NCBI GenBank assembly: GCA_934438175.1
Contig: CAKSBH010000002.1
Span: 156,780-220,779 of the forward strand
Length of the DNA: 64,000 nt
Reading direction: 5' to 3'
Source: an uncultured Eubacteriales bacterium
Lineage (GTDB): Bacteria; Bacillota; Clostridia; Oscillospirales; UBA644
The translations under genes were made by a program, and so were the position numbers. Position 1 is the first letter of the stretch, and each line of letters opens with the position of its first letter. The notes under the pieces were generated by a model, which was not told the DNA's origin, ran no database searches, and saw only the letters and a program-made list of their open reading frames with translations. Below, piece after piece: positions 18,145-27,670 of the stretch.

Positions 18145-18843
18145 ATGGGACTTGGACTGACTACGGTGTTTCTGGACTGGGACGACACGCTGATTGATTT
18201 TTCCGTAAGCGAGAAAAACGCGCTGACCCGCACGATGGCGGCGTTCGGCACAACGCTGACGGCAGAAATGCTGGCGCGGTACAGCGAGCTGAATCTTTCG
18301 TGCTGGAAGCGCTTTGAACGGGGCGAAATGGAAAAATCCCGTGTGTATCTGGAGCGGTATGAGCTTCTGTTTGCGGAGTATGGTCTGCCGTACGATCCCG
18401 TTGCGTTCAATGCCCGGTATCTTTCGGAGCTTGCCGAGGAAGTTCCCGCCTTTGACGGTGCGGAGGATCTTTGCCGGCTTCTGCACAAACGGTATGACGT
18501 CTATGTCGTAACAAACGGCGATCGGAACGGGCAGTTCCGACGGATTGCCAAAAGCGGGCTGGAGCCGTATTTTGACGGCGTGTTTGTGTCGGAGCGCATC
18601 GGCGTGGGAAAACCGAAAAAGGCGTATTGGGATTATGTGTTTGCCCACATCCGCGAGACCGACGCTTCCCGCACCATGATTGTGGGGGATTCTCTGACAT
18701 CGGACATGGCATCGGCGGATACGGTGCCGGGCATGAAGACGTGCTGGGTCAATCCGCACGGAAAGAAAACGGATCGGATCCTGACCTGGGAAGTGAAGAA
18801 TCTGAGGGAGCTCATTTCCCGCTTCTCGGAGGAAGAGGTATGA
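18145..18843 (+). CDS. HAD-superfamily hydrolase (YjjG-like nucleotidase subfamily)
   Basis: ATG 18145 after AAGGAG. Motif I FLDWDDTLID and motif IV GDSLTSD. Confidence 0.8.
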   Translation: MGLGLTTVFLDWDDTLIDFSVSEKNALTRTMAAFGTTLTAEMLARYSELNLSCWKRFERGEMEKSRVYLERYELLFAEYGLPYDPVAFNARYLSELAEEVPAFDGAEDLCRLLHKRYDVYVVTNGDRNGQFRRIAKSGLEPYFDGVFVSERIGVGKPKKAYWDYVFAHIRETDASRTMIVGDSLTSDMASADTVPGMKTCWVNPHGKKTDRILTWEVKNLRELISRFSEEEV

Positions 18844-20117
18844 CAAAGCGGGCGTTGGTTCTCGGCGGCGGCGGAAGCCGCGGCTCTTATGAGTTCGGTG
18901 CGGTTGTTGCCCTGAAAGAGCTTGGCGTGGAATACGATACGGTCATCGGAACCTCCATCGGGGCTCTCAATGCGGTATTCATTGCACAGGGCGACATGGA
19001 TCTTTATGAAAAACTGTGGAACAGCATCACCATCGACCGGGTGATGAAAGACGGCATCAATCTTTACGACGATCTTTCCCGCTATCGCAACGGGGAGATC
19101 GGGAAGTTCTTCAAGACCTACCGGAAGAACGGCGGTGCAGACATTTCACCGCTGATTCATCTGGTCCGCAGCAACATTGATGAGGAGAAGGTTCGCCGTT
19201 CGCCGGTCCGCCTCGGCGTTGTTACGGTGAAATTCCCGTCCTTTGAGCCGGTGGAGATTATGGTGGACAAAATGCCGGTGGGTTCCCTGGTGGATTATGT
19301 CATCGCCTCCGCCTCGCTGTTTCCTGCCTTTCCGACCTATAAGATGTTTGGCAACGAATACATCGACGGCGGCTATTACGACACGGTTGCGGCAAATTTT
19401 GCCTTTGATCAGGGTGCCGAAGAGGTGGTTTGCTTCGATCTGCTTCCGTCACAGGAGCACCCTCATCTGAAGCAGCGTTCGTGCGTAAAATATATCTGTC
19501 CCGCGCGCAATCTCGGCAGTGTGCTTCTGTTTGAGCAGGAGGTTCTTTCCTCCAACCGCCGCCGCGGATACAACGATACCATGAAGAACTACGGAAAATA
19601 TGCCGGCGGAGAGTATGCGTTTGAACCCGGTTCTCTGTTGGGAAGCCGCCGCGCGGCACAGCAGCTTTCGCTGTCGGTGTGCCGGGCAGAGGCGAAAATG
19701 GCACCGAAAAACGCATTGGGAAAAATTCATATGCCGGCACCGCTTTCGGAACGGCTGAACCGGCAGTTGGCTCTGTTTCCGGTCAGCCGCCCGGAGAATG
19801 AGCTGCTTGCCGCCGGTGAGATCTGCGGAAATCTTCTGGGTGCTGACGATACGGAGGTTTCCCGGCTGCGGCTGTTCAAGCATGACCGGATGGCGCAGCT
19901 GCCAACATCGGCGGCAACGGGAGCGGTGCAGCGGATGCGGGGGAGAACCCCGGTCGAACTGCGCGGCATTCTGAATCCTGCGTCTCCCGCTATGCGCATT
20001 GCCGTTCTGGCGGAGGTATTGCGGCAGGACGGACCGACCTCGCCCCGTGTGGTGGATGCGGCACAGGCGTTTACGGAGGAATTCCTTGCGGCGTTGTTTA
20101 TTACGTCCGCTGTCTGA
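18840..20117 (+). CDS. patatin-like phospholipase with ~200-aa C-terminal extension
   Basis: ATG 18840 overlaps the HAD stop (ATGA). Oxyanion GGGGSRGSY, nucleophile GTSIG and the DGG region are present. Confidence 0.85.
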   Translation: MTKRALVLGGGGSRGSYEFGAVVALKELGVEYDTVIGTSIGALNAVFIAQGDMDLYEKLWNSITIDRVMKDGINLYDDLSRYRNGEIGKFFKTYRKNGGADISPLIHLVRSNIDEEKVRRSPVRLGVVTVKFPSFEPVEIMVDKMPVGSLVDYVIASASLFPAFPTYKMFGNEYIDGGYYDTVAANFAFDQGAEEVVCFDLLPSQEHPHLKQRSCVKYICPARNLGSVLLFEQEVLSSNRRRGYNDTMKNYGKYAGGEYAFEPGSLLGSRRAAQQLSLSVCRAEAKMAPKNALGKIHMPAPLSERLNRQLALFPVSRPENELLAAGEICGNLLGADDTEVSRLRLFKHDRMAQLPTSAATGAVQRMRGRTPVELRGILNPASPAMRIAVLAEVLRQDGPTSPRVVDAAQAFTEEFLAALFITSAV

Positions 20118-20126
20118 AAAACGCAA

Positions 20127-20161
20127 CAGGCGCAGCCGTTTGGCTACGCCTGATTTTTTTG
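20127..20161. terminator. bidirectional terminator
   Basis: CAGGCGcAGCC-GTTT-GGCTaCGCCTG (20127-20152), then AT8. Confidence 0.7.
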
Positions 20162-20449
20162 TTCTTTGCCCTCGGCCTGTTGGTGGTCGTGACGTTTGTT
20201 GATAAAATAAATGGGAACGTTTGCCGAGACGATCAGCAGATTGAGGATGTAGACCGCCAGAACAAAATTGATCTGCCCGGCAAGAATCTTTGCCGCGATC
20301 CCGGCAATGTAACCGAGGATAATCAGCAGAATGAATTGAATGCTCATGGATTTCGCCGTTTTTGCTTTGAAATTCTTGATGACCGAAAGCGGCCAGGAAA
20401 TTCCGAAGCAGACCAGCATGAGAGTTTCCAGTAATTCGGTTGGATTCAT
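20144..20449 (-). CDS. small 3-TM membrane protein, PQ-loop/SemiSWEET-like
   Basis: 101 aa. ISWPLSVIKNFKAKTAKSMS resembles the PQ-loop motif with Q replaced by L. Three predicted TM helices. Confidence 0.5.
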   Translation of the reverse strand: MNPTELLETLMLVCFGISWPLSVIKNFKAKTAKSMSIQFILLIILGYIAGIAAKILAGQINFVLAVYILNLLIVSANVPIYFINKRHDHQQAEGKEQKNQA

Positions 20450-20502
20450 TTTTTTGCCCTTCTTTTTACACGTTTTCTCAGGATAATACCATTATAGCAT
20501 TG

Positions 20503-20548
20503 ACAAAGCATAATGTCTAATATATAATATAAATACAAAGCATAATGT
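20503..20548. repeat. 14-nt direct repeat x2 in the LysR / PQ-loop intergenic region
   Basis: ACAAAGCATAATGT at 20503-20516 and 20535-20548, a 32-bp period. Confidence 0.9.
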
Positions 20549-20575
20549 ATATCTTATGAATGGCGGGCAACGGAG

Positions 20576-21454
20576 ATGGAGATCACACAGATTCGGTATT
20601 TTCTTGAGGTGGCGGAGAGCGGGCATGTTACCCGAAGCGCCGAAAAGCTGCACATCGCTCAGCCGGCGCTGTCGCAAACCATCCGGCGGCTGGAAAACGA
20701 ACTCGGGGTTCCGCTGTTTGTGAAGGACGGCAGGAATATCGTTCTGACGGAGTACGGAAAATATCTCCGGGAGCGACTGATGCCGTTTATGCAGACGCTG
20801 GAGGAGATTCCGCGAAAGCTTGCCGAGATGCGGAAACTGGAAGAGCGCACCGTTTATCTCAAGGTTCTGGCGGCATCAACGCTGATTACGGAAGCCGTCA
20901 TTCTGTTCCAGGCCGCGCACGAGGATGTGATGGTAAGACTGTTGCAGAACAGCGAGGAGCCGTTGTATGACATCGAGGTGACCACGCGGCTTCCGCATCT
21001 GCGGGGTGACGGTGCGGGTGACAGTGATTTTGTGTGCCCGGAGCAGATCTTTCTGGTTGTTCCCAACAGCGGAAAATATGCGGGCCGGAACATCCTCTGT
21101 CTGAAAGAGGCGGAAAACGAGGGCTTTATCGGGCTGATGGGTTCCCGGCAGTTCCGGACAATCTGCGACCAGTTCTGCCACCGTGCCGGCATCCGTCCGA
21201 CCTATGTGTTTGAGAGTGACAGTCCTGCCGCCGTGCAGAATATGATTGCGGCGAATATGGGGGTCGGGTTCTGGCCGGAATTCAGCTGGGGGAAGCTTCA
21301 CAACAAAAAAGTGAAGCGGATGGAGGTGTCGGATGTGGAGTGCCGGCGGGAACTGGTGGTGTCCCGGAACAGGAACCGGCAGAACCGTGTTGCCGAAGAA
21401 TTTTTTGTATTTCTGAAAACCTATCTGCTCAAAAAAGCCCGGCATCGGGGCTGA
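20576..21454 (+). CDS. LysR-family transcriptional regulator
   Basis: 292 aa. N-terminal HTH ITQIRYFLEVAESGHVTRSAEKLHIAQPALSQTIRRLE and a LysR substrate-binding domain. Confidence 0.9.
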   Translation: MEITQIRYFLEVAESGHVTRSAEKLHIAQPALSQTIRRLENELGVPLFVKDGRNIVLTEYGKYLRERLMPFMQTLEEIPRKLAEMRKLEERTVYLKVLAASTLITEAVILFQAAHEDVMVRLLQNSEEPLYDIEVTTRLPHLRGDGAGDSDFVCPEQIFLVVPNSGKYAGRNILCLKEAENEGFIGLMGSRQFRTICDQFCHRAGIRPTYVFESDSPAAVQNMIAANMGVGFWPEFSWGKLHNKKVKRMEVSDVECRRELVVSRNRNRQNRVAEEFFVFLKTYLLKKARHRG

Positions 21455-21560
21455 GGATTTTTGGTTTTCGTATTTTCAACATTTTTTGCGGCAGTACTTG
21501 AAAACGCGGAAGAATTCTGTTATAATATATTATGTAAAAATACAATGGATAGGTGTCTGT

Positions 21561-22148
21561 ATGCGTGTCGTTGCGGGAAAAGCCAGGGGAACCAAGCTGA
21601 AGACGCCGGCGGAGGACATGCCGGTGCGTCCGACGTCCGACCGGGTGAAAGAGGCATTGTTCAGCGCCGTGCAGTTTGATATCCGCGGTGAGGTGCTGGA
21701 TCTGTTTGCCGGTTCCGGGCAGTTGGGCATTGAGGCGCTGAGCCGGGGTGCCGATTTTGCCGTATTCTGCGATCACGAACAGCGAAGCATCGATCTGATT
21801 GCCTTCAATGTCGGAAAGGTGCATATGGAGGCGCAAAGCGAGATCCGGCTGACCGATTATAAACGGTATCTCCGGCACGACTGTCATCGCCGTTTTCATC
21901 TGGTTCTGATCGATCCGCCCTACGGAACCGGATTGTCGGACAGAGCGCTTTCGTATGTGGCGGAGGGGACTTGCCTGGACGCGGATGCCGTGGTTGCGGT
22001 GGAGTGTCCGGCGGACGAAAAAAAGCCGGAACGCGTCGGCGTGCTTGCGCTGTACCGTCGGTATACCTATGGGACGGTATCGTTTGCGGTATACAGGAGG
22101 GAGAGCGGAACCGATGAAAGTCACAGCGCTTTGCCCGGGGAGCTTTGA
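21561..22148 (+). CDS. rsmD: 16S rRNA (guanine966-N2)-methyltransferase RsmD
   Basis: ATG 21561 (MRVVAGKARG...RPTSDRVKEALF). SAM motif DLFAGSGQLGIEALSRGA and DPPY. Confidence 0.9.
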   Translation: MRVVAGKARGTKLKTPAEDMPVRPTSDRVKEALFSAVQFDIRGEVLDLFAGSGQLGIEALSRGADFAVFCDHEQRSIDLIAFNVGKVHMEAQSEIRLTDYKRYLRHDCHRRFHLVLIDPPYGTGLSDRALSYVAEGTCLDADAVVAVECPADEKKPERVGVLALYRRYTYGTVSFAVYRRESGTDESHSALPGEL

Positions 22149-22623
22149 TCCCATCACGACCGGCCATGTGCGGCTGATTGAACGGGCGGCTTCCGTTTTT
22201 GATGAGGTTGTCGTCTGCGTTGCGGAGAACGATGTGAAAGTTTATACCTTTTCCGCCGGGGAGCGGGAGATTCTGTGCCGGAAGGCACTGGCGTTTCTCC
22301 GAAACGTGCGGGTGGTGCGCTGGGACGGAATGACGGCAGACGCCGTGGATGCGTTCGGAGCATCGGTTATCGTGAAGGGGATCCGGAACGAAACGGATTT
22401 TGCATATGAAACGGAGATGGCGCGGTATAACGTTGCGCGGAATCCCCGCGCGGAAACGCTGTTTTTGCCGGCAGAGCCGTGTTGGGAGCATGTCAGTTCC
22501 ACCGAACTGAAACGCCGGCTTCGCGGGAACCCGCCGGATGTGTCTCTGATACCGGAGGCGATCCGGGAAGAAGTTGTCAGAAAAATATCTTGGATAGAGA
22601 GCAAGGAGAAAGAAAATGAGTAA
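22114..22623 (+). CDS. coaD: phosphopantetheine adenylyltransferase
   Basis: ATG 22114 after GGAGGGAG. PGSFDPITTGH motif. Overlaps the rsmD 3' end. Confidence 0.92.
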   Translation: MKVTALCPGSFDPITTGHVRLIERAASVFDEVVVCVAENDVKVYTFSAGEREILCRKALAFLRNVRVVRWDGMTADAVDAFGASVIVKGIRNETDFAYETEMARYNVARNPRAETLFLPAEPCWEHVSSTELKRRLRGNPPDVSLIPEAIREEVVRKISWIESKEKENE

Positions 22624-23131
22624 CGATTTTTACAAGACCCTGGAAGAAATGGAAGACATGATGGAGGAAGCGGCGCGGGTTCCGTTTTCCAAAACCAAAT
22701 GCATTCTGGACAGTGAAAAGTTCTTTGATCTGCTTGATGATCTCAAAAAGAACATCCCCGAAGAGATGAAAAAGTCCAAAGAGCTTCTGGAAAACAAAGA
22801 TACCATGATGAATCAGGCGAAGGACGATTCCGACCTGATGATTGAGCGTGCCAAGAAAGCGGCGGAGCAGATGCTGGTGAAGGCGAAGAAGAGTTCCGAT
22901 GCCATCATCGAGCGAGCCAAAGCGCAGGCGGAGACGATGGTCAACGAGCAGGAGGTTCTGATTGTGGCAAAGGAGCGTGCCGCCGAGATCATCGAAAAAG
23001 CAAAGAACGATTCCATGAAGATGAAGAATATGACGGTGTCGTACATCGACGACGTGGTGACGAATTCCGAACGGTCTCTGCAGGCGGCTCTGACTGCCGT
23101 GCAGAAGGCAAAACAGGAATACAACAAATAA
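22616..23131 (+). CDS. coiled-coil protein of unknown function (V-ATPase subunit-H-like / ATPase b-like repeats)
   Basis: 171 aa, AAGGAG SD. Highly charged with repeated ERAK/AEQ heptads. Confidence 0.7.
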   Translation: MSNDFYKTLEEMEDMMEEAARVPFSKTKCILDSEKFFDLLDDLKKNIPEEMKKSKELLENKDTMMNQAKDDSDLMIERAKKAAEQMLVKAKKSSDAIIERAKAQAETMVNEQEVLIVAKERAAEIIEKAKNDSMKMKNMTVSYIDDVVTNSERSLQAALTAVQKAKQEYNK

Positions 23132-23136
23132 AAACG

Positions 23137-24672
23137 ATGAAACAAAAGGGATTCAGGCGGATCGTATGTGCGGTCTGCCTCCTTCTGTCTTTTCTGCTTT
23201 CTTCCTGTTCGCTGTCCTCCCTTCTGGACGGGCTGGAAGAGAAGAAACCGGAGGACGGCGGAACGTCGGACGCACCGCATCTGACGCTTGGTTTTTTTGA
23301 AAACGATTCTCTTGTGCCGTACTTTGCGCAGCACCGCACAAACCGTGAGGTGCTGACGCTGGTGTTCTGCGGGTTGTATGCTGTGGATGCCTCGTATACG
23401 GCGCAGCCGGTTCTGGCAGAGCGCGGGGAATGGAGCGGAAACACGCTGACCGTGACGCTGAGAGAGCAGGCGGTGTTTTCCGACGGCTCACCGCTGACGG
23501 CAGAGGACTGCGTTTTTTCGTATAACCTTGCCGCTTCGGACGGTTCGGTGTACCGGGACCGCTTCTCGTCCATCCGGGCGTGGCGGGCGGTGGACAATCG
23601 GACGTTTGAGGTGGAATTCTCGTCCGGAAACCCGTATCAGGTCAATCTGCTGGATCTTCCCATTCTCAGAACGGGTACGGAAACGGCGGATCTTCCCGTC
23701 GGTGCGGGACGGTATTTTTTCAAGCGCTCGCCCGAGAAAACGGGGAAAGACGGGCTTCGTCTGTACCGCAATGAGAATTTTCCGGGAGAGCCCGCTGTGG
23801 CGGATACGGTGGAACTGACGTTGGTCTCTTCCGATGAAGATCTTCTGTACGCCTTCAATTACGGCGGCTCGGATGTTCTGTACCGGGATCTCGCCGGCGG
23901 AACCGCATCCTACCGTGTCAGTGCGCAGACCGTTCCCTGTCTGTCCAATCGCCTGACGTATGCAGCCATCAATCCTTCCCGGGAAATTTTTTCCAACGGG
24001 GCGTTGGTGCTGCGGGCGTTGCAGCAGTTGACGGACCGCGCGTCGGTGGACGCGCTGCTGGGAGGATGCGGAAAAGCCGTGTGGACACCGTTCAATCCCG
24101 GCTGGTCGGTGACGCAGAATGCCGGCTTCGCCCCGGATACCGGCACGGAGGACGGTGCGCGGGACGCTTTTTACAAGGCGCGCTGGTACCGGAACTCCGA
24201 AACGCAGCGGCTGGAATGGTATGGGAAGGAAATCTCGCTTACCATCATCGTTGCGGCGGAAAACGCGTTTGAGGAACCGGTTGCGCAGAATCTTGCCGCC
24301 CGGCTGGAATCCTTCGGCGTACGTGCTTCGGTACGCGTTCTCGGGCAGAAGGATTATGCCGAAGCGGTACGGCAGGGGACTTATGATCTTCGGATCGGGA
24401 CCGTGGAGATTTCCGCGGATATGAATCTGTCCGCTCTCTATGCCGATGCCCGTGTTCCGGTTTCTGCGGAGCTGCAGCAGAAAACCGCGCAGTTTCTGCG
24501 GGGAGAATGTTCTGCCATGGAACTGAACACTGTGTTTCAGGAGCAGCTGCCGCTGATTCCGTTGTATTACACCTCCTATGCCGTGGCGGTCAACATGAGG
24601 GTAGAGGGAACCTTTCTTCCCACCCCGACTTCCCTGCTCGGCGGACAGGAGACCTGGGAAAAGAAAAAATAA
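23137..24672 (+). CDS. family-5 (peptide/nickel type) ABC substrate-binding lipoprotein, orphan
   Basis: 511 aa. Signal peptide with lipobox LLSSC. SBP_bac_5-like sequence. No permease or ATPase genes nearby. Confidence 0.75.
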   Translation: MKQKGFRRIVCAVCLLLSFLLSSCSLSSLLDGLEEKKPEDGGTSDAPHLTLGFFENDSLVPYFAQHRTNREVLTLVFCGLYAVDASYTAQPVLAERGEWSGNTLTVTLREQAVFSDGSPLTAEDCVFSYNLAASDGSVYRDRFSSIRAWRAVDNRTFEVEFSSGNPYQVNLLDLPILRTGTETADLPVGAGRYFFKRSPEKTGKDGLRLYRNENFPGEPAVADTVELTLVSSDEDLLYAFNYGGSDVLYRDLAGGTASYRVSAQTVPCLSNRLTYAAINPSREIFSNGALVLRALQQLTDRASVDALLGGCGKAVWTPFNPGWSVTQNAGFAPDTGTEDGARDAFYKARWYRNSETQRLEWYGKEISLTIIVAAENAFEEPVAQNLAARLESFGVRASVRVLGQKDYAEAVRQGTYDLRIGTVEISADMNLSALYADARVPVSAELQQKTAQFLRGECSAMELNTVFQEQLPLIPLYYTSYAVAVNMRVEGTFLPTPTSLLGGQETWEKKK

Positions 24673-24677
24673 AAAGC

Positions 24678-24713
24678 GTGCCCTCCGGATATCCGGAGGG
24701 CACTTGTTTTTTT
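24678..24713. terminator. bidirectional terminator
   Basis: GTGCCCTCCGGA (24678-24689) / TCCGGAGGGCAC (24692-24703), then TTGTTTTTTT. Confidence 0.85.
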
Positions 24714-24719
24714 ACGGAA

Positions 24720-25289
24720 TTATTCAAAGTAAAGCTCGTGGATTCTCTTTTTCGCTTCACGGATCCGGCGGCTGAAGACGCAGGTGAAGATGATGTCGCA
24801 GATTCCGTCGATAATCAGCGAAATTCCGGCGAACATCATAACCGTGTCAAAGGTGTCGAACATCACCAGGATGCCCAGCGCAACCGTGAGTACGGAAAGG
24901 AGAAGCATAAAGCCCCAGCCCTTGATGTGCGCACGGGCACAGTCGATGCTGTCTACCAGAGAGGTGCTGCCGTCGATGACAATGAACAGACCGAAAATAA
25001 CGGTCAGCAGTTCTTTGACCATGGAGGGATTGATCAGGCAGAAAGCGCCGGAAAGCAGAAGCGCAATGCCGATGATCAGGGAATGCGCACTGAAGGCAAA
25101 GCCGTAAAGAATGAAGGTTACGACCGCAACGACCCCGGCGCAAAGCAACGTGATTCCGGAAACCGTGCAGAGAACATCCGCCGATTCTTTCGGAAGAACA
25201 AGGAACAGGACGCCGATGGCAATGGCGAGAACGGCAATGAGGATTCCGCTCCATTTCATTTTTGTAATGGCTTTTTTGATTTGACTCAT
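24720..25289 (-). CDS. HdeD-family (DUF308) membrane protein
   Basis: 189 aa. Six TM segments with the repeated DUF308 pattern. GGAAGGA SD. Confidence 0.8.
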   Translation of the reverse strand: MSQIKKAITKMKWSGILIAVLAIAIGVLFLVLPKESADVLCTVSGITLLCAGVVAVVTFILYGFAFSAHSLIIGIALLLSGAFCLINPSMVKELLTVIFGLFIVIDGSTSLVDSIDCARAHIKGWGFMLLLSVLTVALGILVMFDTFDTVMMFAGISLIIDGICDIIFTCVFSRRIREAKKRIHELYFE

Positions 25290-25316
25290 AAAAAATCTTC
25301 CTTCCCTATGATTTTT

Positions 25317-25943
25317 TTATCTTTTCTCCGTGTTACACGAATGAAAATTCGAAGAGGATGTCTGGGAAAGGCGCTGGGTCGCGCCCTGAATCTGGTCCGA
25401 CAGCGCCGTGTGAAGAAAACGAACCAATTCTTCCGGCGAACGGTCGATTTCTCCCCGCAGCCAGCTTTCCGTCAGGGCTCCGACCGCGAGCACGCAGAAC
25501 CTTGTGGCAATCCGCAAATCTTCCCGGCTTCCGGCAAGCGGACCGATTTCCGCACAGATCTGCCGGATGGTGTTGGAAACCATGTTGTAGATGTCTTCTT
25601 CAAAAAAATGACGGAGACGTCCGCGCTCCACCGAAATCAGCGCCATGTAGCAGAATTCCCGGTTTTCGTCCAGATACCGGAACAGCTGAAGAAGCCCGTC
25701 CTTACGGACAAGCCCGGTCTGTGCGTCGTACAGAAGCGGAAGCGCTTCCTGCTCAAACGTCCAGCGCAGCAGGGCATAGATATCGTCAAAGTGATAATAG
25801 AAGTTCTGACGGCGGATTCCGCAACGGTCGGTGATGTCCCGGATTGCGATCCGGTCCAGCGGCTTTTGCTGCATCAGCGCCTTCAGCGCGCACGACATCT
25901 TTTTTTTGGTCTGTTCCGAAGAAGAATAAGTCTGTTTCTGCAC
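25317..25943 (-). CDS. TetR/AcrR-family transcriptional regulator (DhaS-like C-terminal domain)
   Basis: GTG start 25943, 9 nt after GGAGG. HTH IAIRDITDRCGIRRQNFYYHFDD. The track start at 26033 has no SD. Confidence 0.8.
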   Translation of the reverse strand: MQKQTYSSSEQTKKKMSCALKALMQQKPLDRIAIRDITDRCGIRRQNFYYHFDDIYALLRWTFEQEALPLLYDAQTGLVRKDGLLQLFRYLDENREFCYMALISVERGRLRHFFEEDIYNMVSNTIRQICAEIGPLAGSREDLRIATRFCVLAVGALTESWLRGEIDRSPEELVRFLHTALSDQIQGATQRLSQTSSSNFHSCNTEKR

Positions 25944-26068
25944 GGAATCTTTCCTCCTTCGCGACAAAGCCCTGTTTTCTCGTCTTTTTCTGTTTTCAGT
26001 ATAGCACATTTTTTCAGACTTATCACGGGTCAAATCAAATAAAATGTCATATTTTATGGGGATTTTTC

Positions 26069-27646
26069 TTATTTTCCGCTTGCACCGTAGTTGGACAGCA
26101 CGCGGGCGGAGGGGTCATTTACGTCGCAGCCGCGCCAGGTGCGGTTCGGCATCCAGAAGTCCGGAATCATCTGCGACTGCCCGGGATAGTATTTTTCAAA
26201 GATCTCACGGTACAGCAGAGATTCTTTGGTGAAGGGAACTGCGTGCGCGTATTCACGGCGGCGTGTTTCGAATTCCGCATCGGTGTAGCGGCTTTCGGCG
26301 TATTCCTTGAGATCGTCCACCATGGAATGACCGACGGCGTCGGAGAATGCCGCTTTTTCCCGGTACAGGATTTCGTGCGGCAGATAGTCGCCCTCAAAAG
26401 CGTGACGAAGCAGATATTTTCCGATTCCGTAGGTGTTTTGCTTTTTCTTCGGATCGACCGAAAGAACGTATTGTACGAAATCCAGATCGCCGAACGGAAC
26501 CCGTGCCTCCAGGGATTGAGAGGAGATGCACCGGTCGGCACGCAGGACATCGTATTCATGCAGTTCCCGGATCCTTTTTTCGGATTCCTTTTGGAATTCC
26601 TCGGCGGACGGGGCAAAATCGGTGTATTTATAGCCGAACAGTTCGTCCGAGATTTCGCCGGTGAGCAGCACGCGGATGTCGGTATGGCGGTGAATCCAGC
26701 GGCAGAGCAGATACATTCCCATGGATGCGCGCACGGTTGTGATGTCAAACGTGCCCAGCTGCCGGATGACCTCTTCCAGAGAGTCCAGAACTTCCTGCCG
26801 GGTCATGGTCACCTCGGTGTGATCGCTGCCGATGTAATCCGCCACCTGACGGGCATATTTCAGGTCAATGGCATCGGTGTCCATGCCGATGGCAAAGGTC
26901 CGCAGGGGCTTTTGCTCTTTTTTTGCGGCAATGGCACAGACCAGGGAAGAATCCAGCCCCCCGGACAGGAGGAATCCGACCTTGGCATCGGAAACAAGGC
27001 GTTTCTCCACGCCCGCCGTCAGTTTTTCACGGATGTTCCGGCATACGGTTTCCACGCTGTCTTCGCACACGTTCTGCACGTTTGTGATATCGCGGTAGCA
27101 GACGAATTTTCCGTCCTTCCAGTAATGTCCGGGCGGGAACGGGAGAATGGTTCCGCAGAGTCCGACCAGGTTTTTGGGTTCACTGGCAAAAACGATCACG
27201 CCGCGGCGGTCATAGCCGTAGTACAGCGGACGGATGCCGATGGGGTCCCGCGCGGCAAGGTATCTGCCGGTTGCTCCGTCGTACAGGATCATCGCGAATT
27301 CCGCGTCCAGCATGCCGAACATGTTTTCGCCGTATTTGCGGTACAGCGGCAAAAGGATCTCACAGTCCGAGCCGCTGCGGAACGTGTACTCCGTCTGCAG
27401 TTCCTGTTTCAGTTTTTCATAACCGTAGATTTCTCCGTTGCAGACCGCAAAGCTTCCGTCCAGCTCAAACGGCTGCATTCCGGCGTCGGTCAAGCCCATG
27501 ATTGCCAGGCGGTGAAAGCCCAGAAGTCCTTTGCCGGTATCGAGAATCCGGCTTTTGTCCGGTCCCCGCGAGACGGTGGCGGCAAAGCCCTCTTCAAAGG
27601 ATGCGAGGTCGGCGCCGGCGCCGCAGTAGCCCATAATGGAACACAT
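26069..27646 (-). CDS. asnB: asparagine synthase (glutamine-hydrolysing)
   Basis: 525 aa. Ntn nucleophile Cys2 (MCSIMGY) and PP-loop SGGLDSS. Confidence 0.92.
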   Translation of the reverse strand: MCSIMGYCGAGADLASFEEGFAATVSRGPDKSRILDTGKGLLGFHRLAIMGLTDAGMQPFELDGSFAVCNGEIYGYEKLKQELQTEYTFRSGSDCEILLPLYRKYGENMFGMLDAEFAMILYDGATGRYLAARDPIGIRPLYYGYDRRGVIVFASEPKNLVGLCGTILPFPPGHYWKDGKFVCYRDITNVQNVCEDSVETVCRNIREKLTAGVEKRLVSDAKVGFLLSGGLDSSLVCAIAAKKEQKPLRTFAIGMDTDAIDLKYARQVADYIGSDHTEVTMTRQEVLDSLEEVIRQLGTFDITTVRASMGMYLLCRWIHRHTDIRVLLTGEISDELFGYKYTDFAPSAEEFQKESEKRIRELHEYDVLRADRCISSQSLEARVPFGDLDFVQYVLSVDPKKKQNTYGIGKYLLRHAFEGDYLPHEILYREKAAFSDAVGHSMVDDLKEYAESRYTDAEFETRRREYAHAVPFTKESLLYREIFEKYYPGQSQMIPDFWMPNRTWRGCDVNDPSARVLSNYGASGK

Positions 27647-27670
27647 GGCGTTTTGTTTCCTTTCCGTGTT

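Noticed and set aside
18840-20117. Patatin-like phospholipase as a CBASS/defence effector.
   Set aside because: No CD-NTase, SMODS/SAVED, E1/E2-like or other defence genes are nearby. Its neighbours are a HAD hydrolase and housekeeping genes.
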